NCBI RefSeq assembly: GCF_000014265.1
Contig: NC_008312.1
Location: 960,001 to 992,000 of the forward strand
Reading direction: 5' to 3'
Source of the DNA: Trichodesmium erythraeum IMS101
GTDB taxonomy: Bacteria > Cyanobacteriota > Cyanobacteriia > Cyanobacteriales > Microcoleaceae
DNA: 32,000 nt
Under the pieces are notes generated by a model. That model made no database searches, was not told where the DNA came from, and was given only the letters and a program-made list of their open reading frames with translations. Shown here piece after piece: positions 1-8,836 of the stretch (position 1 is the stretch's first letter; the number at the start of each line of letters is the position of its first letter). Position numbers and translations under genes: made by a program.

Positions 1-812
1 AAATTCAGGAATCAATTAGAGGTTGTGATGTTTATCTAATTCAACCTAGTTGTCACCCAGTTAATGATAACCTGATGGAATTGTTGATAATGATAGATGC
101 TTGTCATCGTGCTTCTGCCAGACAAATTACCGCAGTAATTCCTTACTATGGTTATGCTAGGGCAGACCGTAAAACTGCTGGAAGAGAATCAATTACAGCG
201 AAATTAGTGGCCAATTTAATTACTGAGGCGGGAGCTAGTCGTATTCTAGCAATGGATTTACATTCAGCTCAGATTCAGGGTTATTTTGATATTCCCTTCG
301 ATCATGTTTATGGCTTACCAGTAATTTTAGATTACTTATTAAGTAAAAACTTATCTGATATTGTTGTTGTTTCTCCCGATGTAGGTGGAGTAGCAAGAGC
401 TAGAGCTTTTGCAAAAAAGCTAAATGATGCTCCTTTGGCAATTATTGATAAGCGTCGCCAAGCTCATAATGTAGCAGAAGTTTTCAATGTGATAGGGGAT
501 GTTAAGGACAAAACTGCTGTTTTAGTAGATGATATGATTGATACAGCTGGGACTATTTGTGAAGGTGGGCGACTATTACGGGAAAAAGGGGCACGACAAG
601 TTTATGCCTGTGCTACTCATGCTGTATTTTCCGGTACAGCTATTGAGCGCCTTTCAAATGGAATATTTGAAGAGGTAATTGTTACTAATACTATCCCATT
701 CAATCAGGAAAATTCTTTTCCTCAGCTAATAGTTCTTTCAGCAGCAAATTTATTGGGTGAGACTATTTGGCGTATTCACGAAGACACTTCAGTTAGTAGT
801 ATGTTTCGCTAG
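1..812 (+). CDS. prs: Ribose-phosphate pyrophosphokinase (PRPP synthetase), 5' end cut by the window edge
   Basis: The frame is open from nt 3 (..IQESIRGCDVYLIQPSCHPVNDNLMELLIMIDACHRASARQITAVIPYYGYARADRK..), so the listed ATG at 75 is internal. PRPP-binding loop VLVDDMIDTAGT is present. The C-terminal ..SVSSMFR and stop at 810-812 are typical of Prs. Confidence 0.93.
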   Translation, partial: IQESIRGCDVYLIQPSCHPVNDNLMELLIMIDACHRASARQITAVIPYYGYARADRKTAGRESITAKLVANLITEAGASRILAMDLHSAQIQGYFDIPFDHVYGLPVILDYLLSKNLSDIVVVSPDVGGVARARAFAKKLNDAPLAIIDKRRQAHNVAEVFNVIGDVKDKTAVLVDDMIDTAGTICEGGRLLREKGARQVYACATHAVFSGTAIERLSNGIFEEVIVTNTIPFNQENSFPQLIVLSAANLLGETIWRIHEDTSVSSMFR

Positions 813-1171
813 AATTAGCTATGTTTACCGCAAAATTGGGTCTCTATTCCCTCGCCCATAAGCAAGCAAAACCTGAGTTTATAGTGGGAAGACATAAACT
901 ATAGTATTATATCACGGCTGGACTATCTGAGACATTAAACGTACCTGGAGGGAAGAGAAGAACTACCGTCATCAAGATAGCAGCAACCAATAAAACGTCA
1001 ACCCACTTGAGAGCTACGGCTCAGTATAAATCTCCGTGCCTTCAGCCAAGAGAAAATCTCAGTTAATCTATATGTTTTTTCCTATTCTATATATTAGGAG
1101 GTCAGAATAGTCAGTATGAAATGTTGAGAAATATTTAATAGAGATTAAACTTTTGCAAGGTTAATTAGTTG

Positions 1172-1202
1172 ACAGTAGAGTTTGCTTCGGCAATTCTACT
1201 GT
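1172..1202. other. Stable hairpin capped by a C(UUCG)G tetraloop in the prs/DUF262 intergenic region
   Basis: ACAGTAGA-G-TTTGC-TTCG-GCAA-T-TCTACTGT: 8-bp outer stem, one-nt irregularity, 4-bp inner stem, UUCG loop. It stands out in otherwise AT-rich spacer. Function is unknown (RNA element or terminator). Confidence 0.4.
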
Positions 1203-1520
1203 TACTGTTTATAGGTCTTGTTAGACATCTGTGGGTTACAGTTTTATGGGCTATAAAAAAGTCTAAAATATACAAATAATCTATCTCCTAATTAACTATC
1301 TAATTATACGTATGCTACTGGATTTAATATTACTTATACTCACGATACTTTTGATTCCTATTTATTTAAAAACATTGTTAAGGATAAAATATTTTATCAT
1401 TTCTCTTTGAATAACCACTGTGAAAAAAAATTGAGGGAATTGAGATAAATTGATATGAGAAAAATATTTTTATTCTGGATAATTAATGAGACTTGATACT
1501 AAAGCTATTGAGGTAATTAT

Positions 1521-3302
1521 ATGGCAACTATTGAATCTAAAGGCATGAATTTAGAAAAGTTATTTGATGAATTTTATGTTATTCCTGATTACCAGCGCGA
1601 ATATGTTTGGACACAAAAAGAAGTCAATGAATTTATTCAAGACATCTATGAAGAATTTTCTGAACAAACTCAAAACTCTTACCCTGAGTATTTTATTGGC
1701 AGTATAATTGTTTGTGGTCGCGGGGAAAAATTTTATGAAATAATTGATGGCCAGCAACGAATTACTACTGCTTACCTTGTACTATGTGCAATTCGGGATT
1801 ATCTATTAACTATTAATCCTAATGAACCTATTGAAGCATTAAAAAATAAGATTGCTGCTTTGTATACGGATAACTGGGGTAATGACCAGTTTAGACACAA
1901 AGTAGAACTACAATATCAGGAAAGTCGAGGAATACTAGAAAATATAGCTCTACAAGCAAGTGTAGAGACTCTTAGTCCAACTCGCTCTGTTAAAAATATT
2001 CAGAATGCTTATACTGAAATTAGAAGTTTTCTTTACCAATATTTTCAAGTAGATGAACTTGTTGTTTTTAATATCAAAAAGTTTTACGCATATTTTCTTA
2101 AAAATGTTAAGTTAATTCGAGTCAAAACAGCTAGTGTTTCTCATGCTTTGAAAATATATTCAACTCTAAATCATCGTGGTTTAGCCCTAGATGATATGGA
2201 TTTACTCAAAAATTTAATTTTTACTAAAGCTAAATCAACAGATTATGATCAAATCAAAGTAAAATGGAAAACAATGATAGACTTGCTTTATAATCATCAA
2301 GAAAAACCCATGCGTTTTTTGCGCTATTTTATATTAGCCAAATACGCAAAAGATGGGAACTATATTTTGGAAAAAGAAGTCTATGATTGGTTCCTAAATA
2401 ATGAACATATTTGTAGATATAAGACTGAACCGATTCAGTTTGTGAATAATTTACTGAGCTCGGCTCAAGCTTATGTAGCATTTTTAATAGGTAATAATGT
2501 TGATGGTACTGTTAATCGGTATTTGGTAAATATTAGAAATCTTAGTATAAATGTTAGGCAGCATTTAATATTACTTTTAGCTGTTGATAAGTTGCCTAAA
2601 GCTTGTTTTGTTGATCTCTGTAGACAGATAGAGAATTTATTATTTTTGGCAATGTTAACTAGCGATCGCCATAAAAAAGCATTTGATGGCATGATAATTA
2701 AGTGGGCAAGTGAGTTACGTACAATTAGTTCACAAGAGGATTATGATATTTTTATTGCTCAGGAAATTATTCCTAGCAAACAGGGAGTAGCTGATAAATT
2801 TGAAAATACGTTCTATCGACTGAATAAATTATCATTACAGCTATATCAAATTCGATATATTTTGGCAAAGATAACACAATATATAGATGAAATGGCCTGG
2901 GGAACTGTGGGAGGAATTGATGATTTAAGAAACTATGTTTTTAAATTAGAAGTAGAACAAATTTTATCAGAAAACCCTACAAAAGAAGTAGTTTTTGATT
3001 TTGATAAACCTACTGAAATAGTAAACTATAGTCAACGTTTAGGAAATATGACTTTGTTAGAAAGTTCTATTAAATCTGCTATTTTAAATGCTAGTTTTAC
3101 TGAGAAAAAATTAGGTTATACAAAATCTAGATTTTTGTTAACTAGAACTATTGCTGAAGAAATTTCGGTGGGAAACAATACAACTATTAATTTGGCTGTC
3201 AAGGATTTAAAGACATTTGAAAAATGGGATTCTCAAGCAATAGAAACTCGTCAAGAAATTTTAACTCAATTAGCTAAAAAAGTTTGGGATGTTCCTGAGT
3301 AA
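1521..3302 (+). CDS. DUF262 + DUF1524-like two-domain protein (GmrSD / type IV restriction family architecture); C-terminal nuclease motif looks degenerate
   Basis: N-terminal DUF262 hallmarks: IPDYQREYVW and IIDGQQRITT (DGQQR box). The C-terminal part has the DUF1524-like block LGNMTLLESSIKSAILNASFTEKK. VEQILSE sits where the family normally has (E/D)H(I/V)xP. Confidence 0.85.
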   Translation: MATIESKGMNLEKLFDEFYVIPDYQREYVWTQKEVNEFIQDIYEEFSEQTQNSYPEYFIGSIIVCGRGEKFYEIIDGQQRITTAYLVLCAIRDYLLTINPNEPIEALKNKIAALYTDNWGNDQFRHKVELQYQESRGILENIALQASVETLSPTRSVKNIQNAYTEIRSFLYQYFQVDELVVFNIKKFYAYFLKNVKLIRVKTASVSHALKIYSTLNHRGLALDDMDLLKNLIFTKAKSTDYDQIKVKWKTMIDLLYNHQEKPMRFLRYFILAKYAKDGNYILEKEVYDWFLNNEHICRYKTEPIQFVNNLLSSAQAYVAFLIGNNVDGTVNRYLVNIRNLSINVRQHLILLLAVDKLPKACFVDLCRQIENLLFLAMLTSDRHKKAFDGMIIKWASELRTISSQEDYDIFIAQEIIPSKQGVADKFENTFYRLNKLSLQLYQIRYILAKITQYIDEMAWGTVGGIDDLRNYVFKLEVEQILSENPTKEVVFDFDKPTEIVNYSQRLGNMTLLESSIKSAILNASFTEKKLGYTKSRFLLTRTIAEEISVGNNTTINLAVKDLKTFEKWDSQAIETRQEILTQLAKKVWDVPE

Positions 3303-3452
3303 TCTCCAACTTATTTTATGAAAAACTCTTTATAGTATGGTTTAATTAGCAAAGGTCTACTATGCTACTTTATCTAAAATCTACAAAATAACTAGGATAA
3401 AGGGCAAGATATGTATTCCCAAATTATTCTCTGGGAAAAAGCTAGTAATGGG

Positions 3453-3481
3453 TTCCCAAATTCCAGCAAAGCAACTATAAT
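3453..3481 (+). promoter_or_regulatory. Candidate sigma70-type promoter of the first FG-GAP/Calx-beta gene
   Basis: TTCCCA (3453-3458), 17-nt spacer, perfect TATAAT (3476-3481), about 40 nt upstream of the ATG at 3524. By-eye match only. Confidence 0.35.
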
Positions 3482-3523
3482 CTACATTAATTATCAATCA
3501 AACCTTAAACCCAATTATGGCAA

Positions 3524-6500
3524 ATGGACGAGGACTTCCAAAATAATACTCCATACTCTCCCGGGGAGAAAGACTGCCTCTTCCCACTAGAAATTAACTA
3601 TCATACTGGTCTAAACCTGGACCCTGAAGTCGCAAGTCCCCTCATAGAAACTGCCTGGTCTCAGGTCAAAGACGAATTAGTTGACTTTATCTTGCTCCCA
3701 GAGTTTAAGGCCAATATTGAAATAAGCTTTGATGAAAAAGTAAATGTGGATTTGGTCAAAGATAACATCAAAGATATTCTGACTGGGGAAAATTTGCCTG
3801 GTATTCAAGTCTTGTCCGCAGCAGACATGAATCCAGCGGTGGGTGCATATGACCCTTTGACAGGTGAGATTTATTTGGCTGATTCTTTATTAGGTGGAAC
3901 TGCTCAAGCAAAAGAGCAGGTCTTGTCAGATCTATCTGGTGTATTGTTGGAAGAGTTGGGGCATCATTTGGACCCCCAGTTGCCTGAGTCGGACTCTCCT
4001 GGAGATGAAGGTGAGTTATTCCGACGTTTGGTGAGAGGAGAGACGTTAGATGAGTCGGAGGTTTTACAACTTCGGGCTGAGGATGATTTTCGAGAAATTA
4101 GGGTATGGGGTGTTTTGGTTGAAGTTGAGGCTACTCAGAAGATAGATTTTGAGGAGTTTGGTCCATTTGAGGTAGATGAGAGACCTAACTGGGTAGCAGT
4201 AGGAGAATTTAATGGAGATGAATTTTTAGATTTGGCTGTGGCGAATGAGAACTCAGATAATGTATCAGTTTTACTAGGAAAAGCTTACAGTAGTTTTGGC
4301 CCAGCAACTAATTTTGATGTGGGAGATAGACCTTGGTCAGTAGGAGTAGGAGAATTTAATGGAGATGACTTTTCTGATTTGGTCGTAACAAGTGGCCCAT
4401 CAGGTCAAGTGTCTATTTTACTAGGAAAGGGTGACGGTGGCTTTGGTCCAGCAACTAATTTTGATGTGGGAGATTCACCTCGTTCTGTGGTAGTAGAAGA
4501 TTTGAATGGAGATGGCTTTTCTGATTTGGTTGTGGTTAACCCATGGTCAGATAAAGTATCGGTGTTATTAGGAGAAGGTAAGGGTAGTTTTGGTTTAGCT
4601 ACTGACTTTAATGTGGGAGATGAACCAGAGTCGTTAGTAGTAGGGGATTTTGATCGAGATAATATTCCTGATTTGGCTGTGGCGAATAAGTTTTCCGACA
4701 ATGTATCGATACTATTAGGAAGGGGTAATGGTAGTTTTGGGCGAGCTAATAATTTTGATGGGGGAGATGGACCGAGTTCTCTGGCAGTAGGAGAATTTAA
4801 TGGAGATAGTTTTTTAGATTTGGCTGTAGGAAACTATTTTTCAGACAATATATCAGTTTTACTAGGAGCTGGTGATGGTAGTTTTGGCTCAGCTACTAAT
4901 TTTAGGGCGGGAGATGAGCCGACTTCAATAGCGGCAGGAGAATTTAATGGAGATGGTTTTTCTGACCTAGTTGTGGCAAATGAGAATTCAGATGATATAT
5001 CAATATTATTAGGAAATGGAAATGGTGGTTTTGGTCCACCTACTAATTTTGACGTGGGAGATGAACCAGAGTCAGTGGCAATAGGAGATTTTAATGGAAA
5101 TGGAATTGCTGATTTGGCTGTGGCGAATGAGTTTTCAGGGAACGTATCTATTTTGATTAACCAAACTTCTATCACTACTGTCCCTAACATTACTATCTCT
5201 GATACGAAAATTAAGGAAGGCAACAGAAATAAAACGGCGGAATTTACAGTAATTTTAGACAATCCTAGTAATGAAATAGTTAAAGTTAACTATACTACAG
5301 CTAATCAATCGGCAAAAGTTAATCAAGACTATAGACTGGCCAAAGGGACTCTGATTTTCCAACCGGGAGAAACGCAACAAACTATAACGGTTCCTATTTT
5401 GGGAGATAGGCGTGACGAAGCTCAGGAAAAGTTTAAACTTAATCTCAGTAGCCCCCAAAATGCAAATCTTAAAGATGCACAAGCTATAGGAACTATTCTT
5501 GATAATGACCCACTTCCGAAAATATCTATCGGAGATGCTAAAGTGACTGAAGGAAATAGGGGTCAGAAAAAGATGACATTTGAAGTGAGGTTGAACAACC
5601 CTAGCGGTAAGACAGTAAGGGTTAATTATGGAACTGTTGAGGGCAGCGCTAAGTCTGGAGAAGATTATCAGGAGAAAAGAGGGGTTGTGAAATTTAAACC
5701 AGGGCAGAAGAAAAAGATAATTAATATTCCGATCTTTGGAGATACTGAGGATGAACAGAATGAGCAGTTTCAGGTAATTCTTAGTCGTGCTAGAAATGCT
5801 AAGTTCTCAGATAAGAAGGCAGTAGGTATGATTCGGGATAATGATGAAGCGGTTCCCAAGGATGAAATAATGCCCCAAATATCTATCGGAGATGCTAAAG
5901 TGACTGAAGGAAATAGGGGTCAGAAAAGGATGGAATTTGAAGTCGAGTTGGATAGTGCTAGTCAGAAAATGGTAAAAGTTAATTACTCTACAGTAGATGG
6001 CAGCGCTAAGTCTGGAGAAGATTATCGGAAGAAAAGTGGGGTGGTGACATTTAAGCCTGGGCAGACGAAAAAGATAGTTAATATTCCGATTTTGGGAGAT
6101 ACCCAGGATGAAGATAATGAGAAGTTTCAGGTACAACTCAGTGGTGCTAAAAATGCTAAGTTCTCAGATAGAAAGGGAGTAGGTATAATTGAAGATAATG
6201 ACAGACCAGTACCAGAGGTTTTTGAGGATGCTATTGATCTAGGAGTTCTTTCCCGGGAGCCTATTTCAGTCGTTGATAAGATTGGGTTTACTGTTGGCCC
6301 TGTGAATCGCAATACGGAGGATTATTTCCGCTTTGAGGTAGAGAAAGAGGGTTCGGTAAGTATTTTTGTGGATAGTTTTGTTCAAGATTTGGGCATTAAA
6401 TTATACGATGAAGAAGAAAGTCTACTTAATCAGTCAAATAAGGGAGGTGACTTAAAGGAAATTGAAACTATTTTAGAGTCTGGTGTTTATTATTTGAAAG

Positions 6501-6562
6501 TTGTCCCAGTGGGAGGTAGTAGAACTAAATATAATTTGAGTGTCAATATTGTTGAGTTTTAA
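3524..6562 (+). CDS. Large repeat protein: N-terminal conserved module, 7 FG-GAP/VCBS blades, 3 Calx-beta domains, PPC (pre-peptidase C-terminal) domain
   Basis: 1012-aa ORF. About nt 4166-5160: seven ~47-aa units with the FNGDGFSDLVV (DxNxDGxxD) signature. About nt 5170-6205: three ~110-aa units with the Calx-beta signature (..ISIGDAKVTEGNRG..F.V.L....V.V.Y.T.DGSAK.G.DY....G...F.PG...K...IPI.GD..DE.NE.F.V.L). About nt 6206-6559: DYFRFEV..G.V.I......DL.IKLYD......N......E.I...L..G.YYLKV, which is PPC-like. No signal peptide is evident. Confidence 0.9.
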   Translation: MDEDFQNNTPYSPGEKDCLFPLEINYHTGLNLDPEVASPLIETAWSQVKDELVDFILLPEFKANIEISFDEKVNVDLVKDNIKDILTGENLPGIQVLSAADMNPAVGAYDPLTGEIYLADSLLGGTAQAKEQVLSDLSGVLLEELGHHLDPQLPESDSPGDEGELFRRLVRGETLDESEVLQLRAEDDFREIRVWGVLVEVEATQKIDFEEFGPFEVDERPNWVAVGEFNGDEFLDLAVANENSDNVSVLLGKAYSSFGPATNFDVGDRPWSVGVGEFNGDDFSDLVVTSGPSGQVSILLGKGDGGFGPATNFDVGDSPRSVVVEDLNGDGFSDLVVVNPWSDKVSVLLGEGKGSFGLATDFNVGDEPESLVVGDFDRDNIPDLAVANKFSDNVSILLGRGNGSFGRANNFDGGDGPSSLAVGEFNGDSFLDLAVGNYFSDNISVLLGAGDGSFGSATNFRAGDEPTSIAAGEFNGDGFSDLVVANENSDDISILLGNGNGGFGPPTNFDVGDEPESVAIGDFNGNGIADLAVANEFSGNVSILINQTSITTVPNITISDTKIKEGNRNKTAEFTVILDNPSNEIVKVNYTTANQSAKVNQDYRLAKGTLIFQPGETQQTITVPILGDRRDEAQEKFKLNLSSPQNANLKDAQAIGTILDNDPLPKISIGDAKVTEGNRGQKKMTFEVRLNNPSGKTVRVNYGTVEGSAKSGEDYQEKRGVVKFKPGQKKKIINIPIFGDTEDEQNEQFQVILSRARNAKFSDKKAVGMIRDNDEAVPKDEIMPQISIGDAKVTEGNRGQKRMEFEVELDSASQKMVKVNYSTVDGSAKSGEDYRKKSGVVTFKPGQTKKIVNIPILGDTQDEDNEKFQVQLSGAKNAKFSDRKGVGIIEDNDRPVPEVFEDAIDLGVLSREPISVVDKIGFTVGPVNRNTEDYFRFEVEKEGSVSIFVDSFVQDLGIKLYDEEESLLNQSNKGGDLKEIETILESGVYYLKVVPVGGSRTKYNLSVNIVEF

Positions 6563-6889
6563 TTGGTGACTATATCAAATTTGCTAGAGTTTGAGTTTTT
6601 CAGTATTCAGGATGAAAAATTTATGGTCTATAATTCAGGACTAATGTAGAAAAACTATATATAGTCTATAAGTTTATTTTATATAAAAGTGGGTTTGCTT
6701 ATTTATAATTTTTGTCGATAAATACTTACGGTCAGAAGGTTTGGAATGTAAATATGCCAGATATAACTTACTACTTTATTTTAAAAATTACCCATTAAAA
6801 CATTTTCTTAAAATTATTTAATGATCATTATTTACTTTTTATAGTATAAGATTATAGTATAAGGTTCTAAATCAAAATCATGACAAGCT

Positions 6890-8791
6890 ATGAATTACGA
6901 AACAGAAAATTACGATCAAGATCAAGGTAGTCAAAACTATCAATATCAAAGTAGTGAAAACTATCAAGATCAAGGCAGTGACAACTATCAAACAAAGACA
7001 GTCAAAGAAAATCCAGTTGCCAAAAATGTGGCTAAAAAGGGTAGGCTTCGTGGTTTAACACAAGCCGATGTGGACAGAAAAGCTGGAAAGGCTAAACGCC
7101 GTAAAGATATGTCAAAAAAAATTGGTGGTTATGAAGAAAAGGATGCTGAAAGGCGAGGTGAGTTGAAAAAGGATTATGAAAACAATACAGATCAGATAAA
7201 GAAAAACGAAGCTGAACGTCAACAAATTGCTGAGGAAGACGCAATCAAACGTCAGGCTGACACGGAAAATAGGCGCAACAAAGTAGCAGCAGATCTGAAG
7301 GAAACCAACGAGGTACGTCTAGAAAATTCTGCTGAATGGGACAGCACGCGTCAAGCTGAATATGCTGCACTAGTTCAAGCTGTAGCTGACAAAATTGCTG
7401 TTTTCCAAGCAGAGATTCTTCAAACTAAAGCTGACACGAAAGATAGGCACGACAAAGTAGTAGCAGATATCAAGGAAACCAACGAGGTACGTCTAGAAAA
7501 TTCTGCTGAATGGGACAAGACACGTCAAGCTGAATATGCTGCACTAGTTCAAGCTGTAGCTGACAAAATTGCTGTTTTCCAAGCAGAGATTCTTCAAACT
7601 AAAGCTGACACGAAAGATAGGCACGACAAAGTAGTAGCAGATATCAAGGAAACCAACGAGGTACGTCTAGAAAATTCTGCTGAATGGGACAAGACACGTC
7701 AAGCTGAATATGCTGCACTAGTTCAAGCTGTAGCTGACAAAATTGCTGTTTTCCAAGCAGAGATTCTTCAAACTAAAGCTGACACGAAAGATAGGCACGA
7801 CAAAGTAGTAGCAGATATCAAGGAAACCAACGAGGTACGTCTAGAAAATTCTGCTGAATGGGACAGCACGCGTCAAGCTGAATATGCTGCACTAGTTCAA
7901 GCTGTAGCTGACAAAATTGCTGCTTTCCAAGCAGAGATTCTTCAAACTAAAGCTGACACGAAAGATAGGCACGACAAAGTAGTAGCAGATATCAAGGAAA
8001 CCAACGAGGTACGTCTAGAAAATTCTGCTGAATGGGACAAGACACGTCAAGCTGAATATGCTGCACTAGTTCAAGCTGTAGCTGACAAAATTGCTGTTTT
8101 CCAAGCAGAGATTCTTCAAACTAAAGCTGACACGAAAGATAGGCACGACAAAGTAGTAGCAGATATCAAGGAAACCAACGAGGTACGTCTAGAAAATTCT
8201 GCTGAATGGGACAAGACACGTCAAGCTGAATATGCTGCACTAGTTCAAGCTGTAGCTGACAAAATTGCTGCTTTCCAAGCAGAGATTCTTCAAACTAAAG
8301 CTGACACGAAAGATAGGCACGACAAAGTAGTAGCAGATATCAAGGAAACCAACGAGGTACGTCTAGAAAATTCTGCTGAATGGGACAAGACACGTCAAGC
8401 TGAATATGCTGCACTAGTTCAAACTGTAGCTGACAAAATTGCTGCTTTCCAAGCAGAGATTCTTCAAACTAAAGCTGACACGAAAGATAGGCACGACAAA
8501 GTAGTAGCAGATATCAAGGAAACCAACGAGGTACGTCTAGAAAATTCTGCTGAATGGGACAGCACGCGTCAAGCTGAATATGCTGCACTAGTTCAAGCTG
8601 TAGCTGACAAAATTGCTGGCTTCAAAGCAGAGATTCTTGAAAGCTTGAATACAGCTATAGAAAAGGCAACGCAAGAGGAAACTCAACGTAAACAAATTGC
8701 AGAAGAAGACAAGCAGGAAAGGGTTGATGCAAATAGTAAACGCCGTAAAGATAGGAATGATCAATTTGTAGATTTCATAGAAGTCTCTTAG
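6890..8791 (+). CDS. Highly charged tandem-repeat protein (predicted all-helical, coiled-coil-like), unknown function
   Basis: 633-aa ORF. Layout: Q/N/Y-rich octapeptide repeats at the N-terminus, a K/R/E-rich linker, 8 x 58-aa near-identical units, and a charged tail. QIAEEDA.. blocks flank the array on both sides. There is no TM segment or signal peptide, and no obvious SD sequence. The coding call rests on the long open frame kept across exact in-frame repeats. Confidence 0.8.
   Translation: MNYETENYDQDQGSQNYQYQSSENYQDQGSDNYQTKTVKENPVAKNVAKKGRLRGLTQADVDRKAGKAKRRKDMSKKIGGYEEKDAERRGELKKDYENNTDQIKKNEAERQQIAEEDAIKRQADTENRRNKVAADLKETNEVRLENSAEWDSTRQAEYAALVQAVADKIAVFQAEILQTKADTKDRHDKVVADIKETNEVRLENSAEWDKTRQAEYAALVQAVADKIAVFQAEILQTKADTKDRHDKVVADIKETNEVRLENSAEWDKTRQAEYAALVQAVADKIAVFQAEILQTKADTKDRHDKVVADIKETNEVRLENSAEWDSTRQAEYAALVQAVADKIAAFQAEILQTKADTKDRHDKVVADIKETNEVRLENSAEWDKTRQAEYAALVQAVADKIAVFQAEILQTKADTKDRHDKVVADIKETNEVRLENSAEWDKTRQAEYAALVQAVADKIAAFQAEILQTKADTKDRHDKVVADIKETNEVRLENSAEWDKTRQAEYAALVQTVADKIAAFQAEILQTKADTKDRHDKVVADIKETNEVRLENSAEWDSTRQAEYAALVQAVADKIAGFKAEILESLNTAIEKATQEETQRKQIAEEDKQERVDANSKRRKDRNDQFVDFIEVS
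6902..6997 (+). repeat. 4 x 24-bp in-frame tandem repeat encoding the octapeptide xSxNYQxQ
   Basis: TENYDQDQ / GSQNYQYQ / SSENYQDQ / GSDNYQTK, read codon by codon from 6902. Confidence 0.85.
7256..8647 (+). repeat. 8 x 174-bp (58-aa) near-perfect tandem repeat inside CDS 6890-8791
   Basis: Unit starts are at 7256, 7430, 7604, 7778, 7952, 8126, 8300 and 8474. Units 2, 3 and 5 read identical. Internal units differ only at three places: aagacac/agcacgc (K/S), gtt/gct (V/A) and gct/act (A/T). The first and last units diverge at their outer edges. Confidence 0.97.
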
Positions 8792-8836
8792 AAGGTTTAG
8801 GCCATTCTCTGGGATTTATCGTTAGATGAATAAGTA

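Noticed and set aside
1560-2692. Antisense ORFs 1560-1757 and 2471-2692 within the DUF262 gene
   Set aside because: They are short and their AT-rich codons give I/F/K/N-rich peptides. They overlap a CDS with clear family motifs.
3941-3973. Calling the paralogs zinc metalloproteases on the basis of the ELGH motif
   Set aside because: The motif is EELGH, not HExxH, because the first zinc-ligand His is absent in both paralogs. It is reported only as a conserved site of unknown role.
4405-5262. Antisense ORFs 4405-4701 and 4834-5262 (98 and 142 aa) inside the first FG-GAP/Calx-beta gene
   Set aside because: They lie opposite a strongly supported repeat-domain CDS. Their translations are low-complexity mirror images of the FG-GAP repeats (..SPTSKLVAGPKPPSPFP..) and they have no start context. 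They are artefacts of repetitive, stop-poor antisense sequence.
5255-6312. Antisense ORFs 5255-5482, 5807-6136 and 6127-6312
   Set aside because: They lie opposite well-supported Calx-beta coding sequence. Their peptides are hydrophobic or low-complexity with no recognisable motifs.
6563-6640. AT hairpin TTTTTCA-N10-TGAAAAA downstream of the first paralog as a terminator
   Set aside because: It is a 7-bp all-A/T stem with a 10-nt loop and no U-tract, which is thermodynamically weak and common by chance in this composition.
7256-8647. Considered whether the 174-bp array, or the 147-bp and 7-bp arrays, could be CRISPR
   Set aside because: The units abut directly with no unique spacers. The 174-bp and 147-bp arrays are in-frame coding repeats, the 7-mer is far too short, and no cas genes are present.
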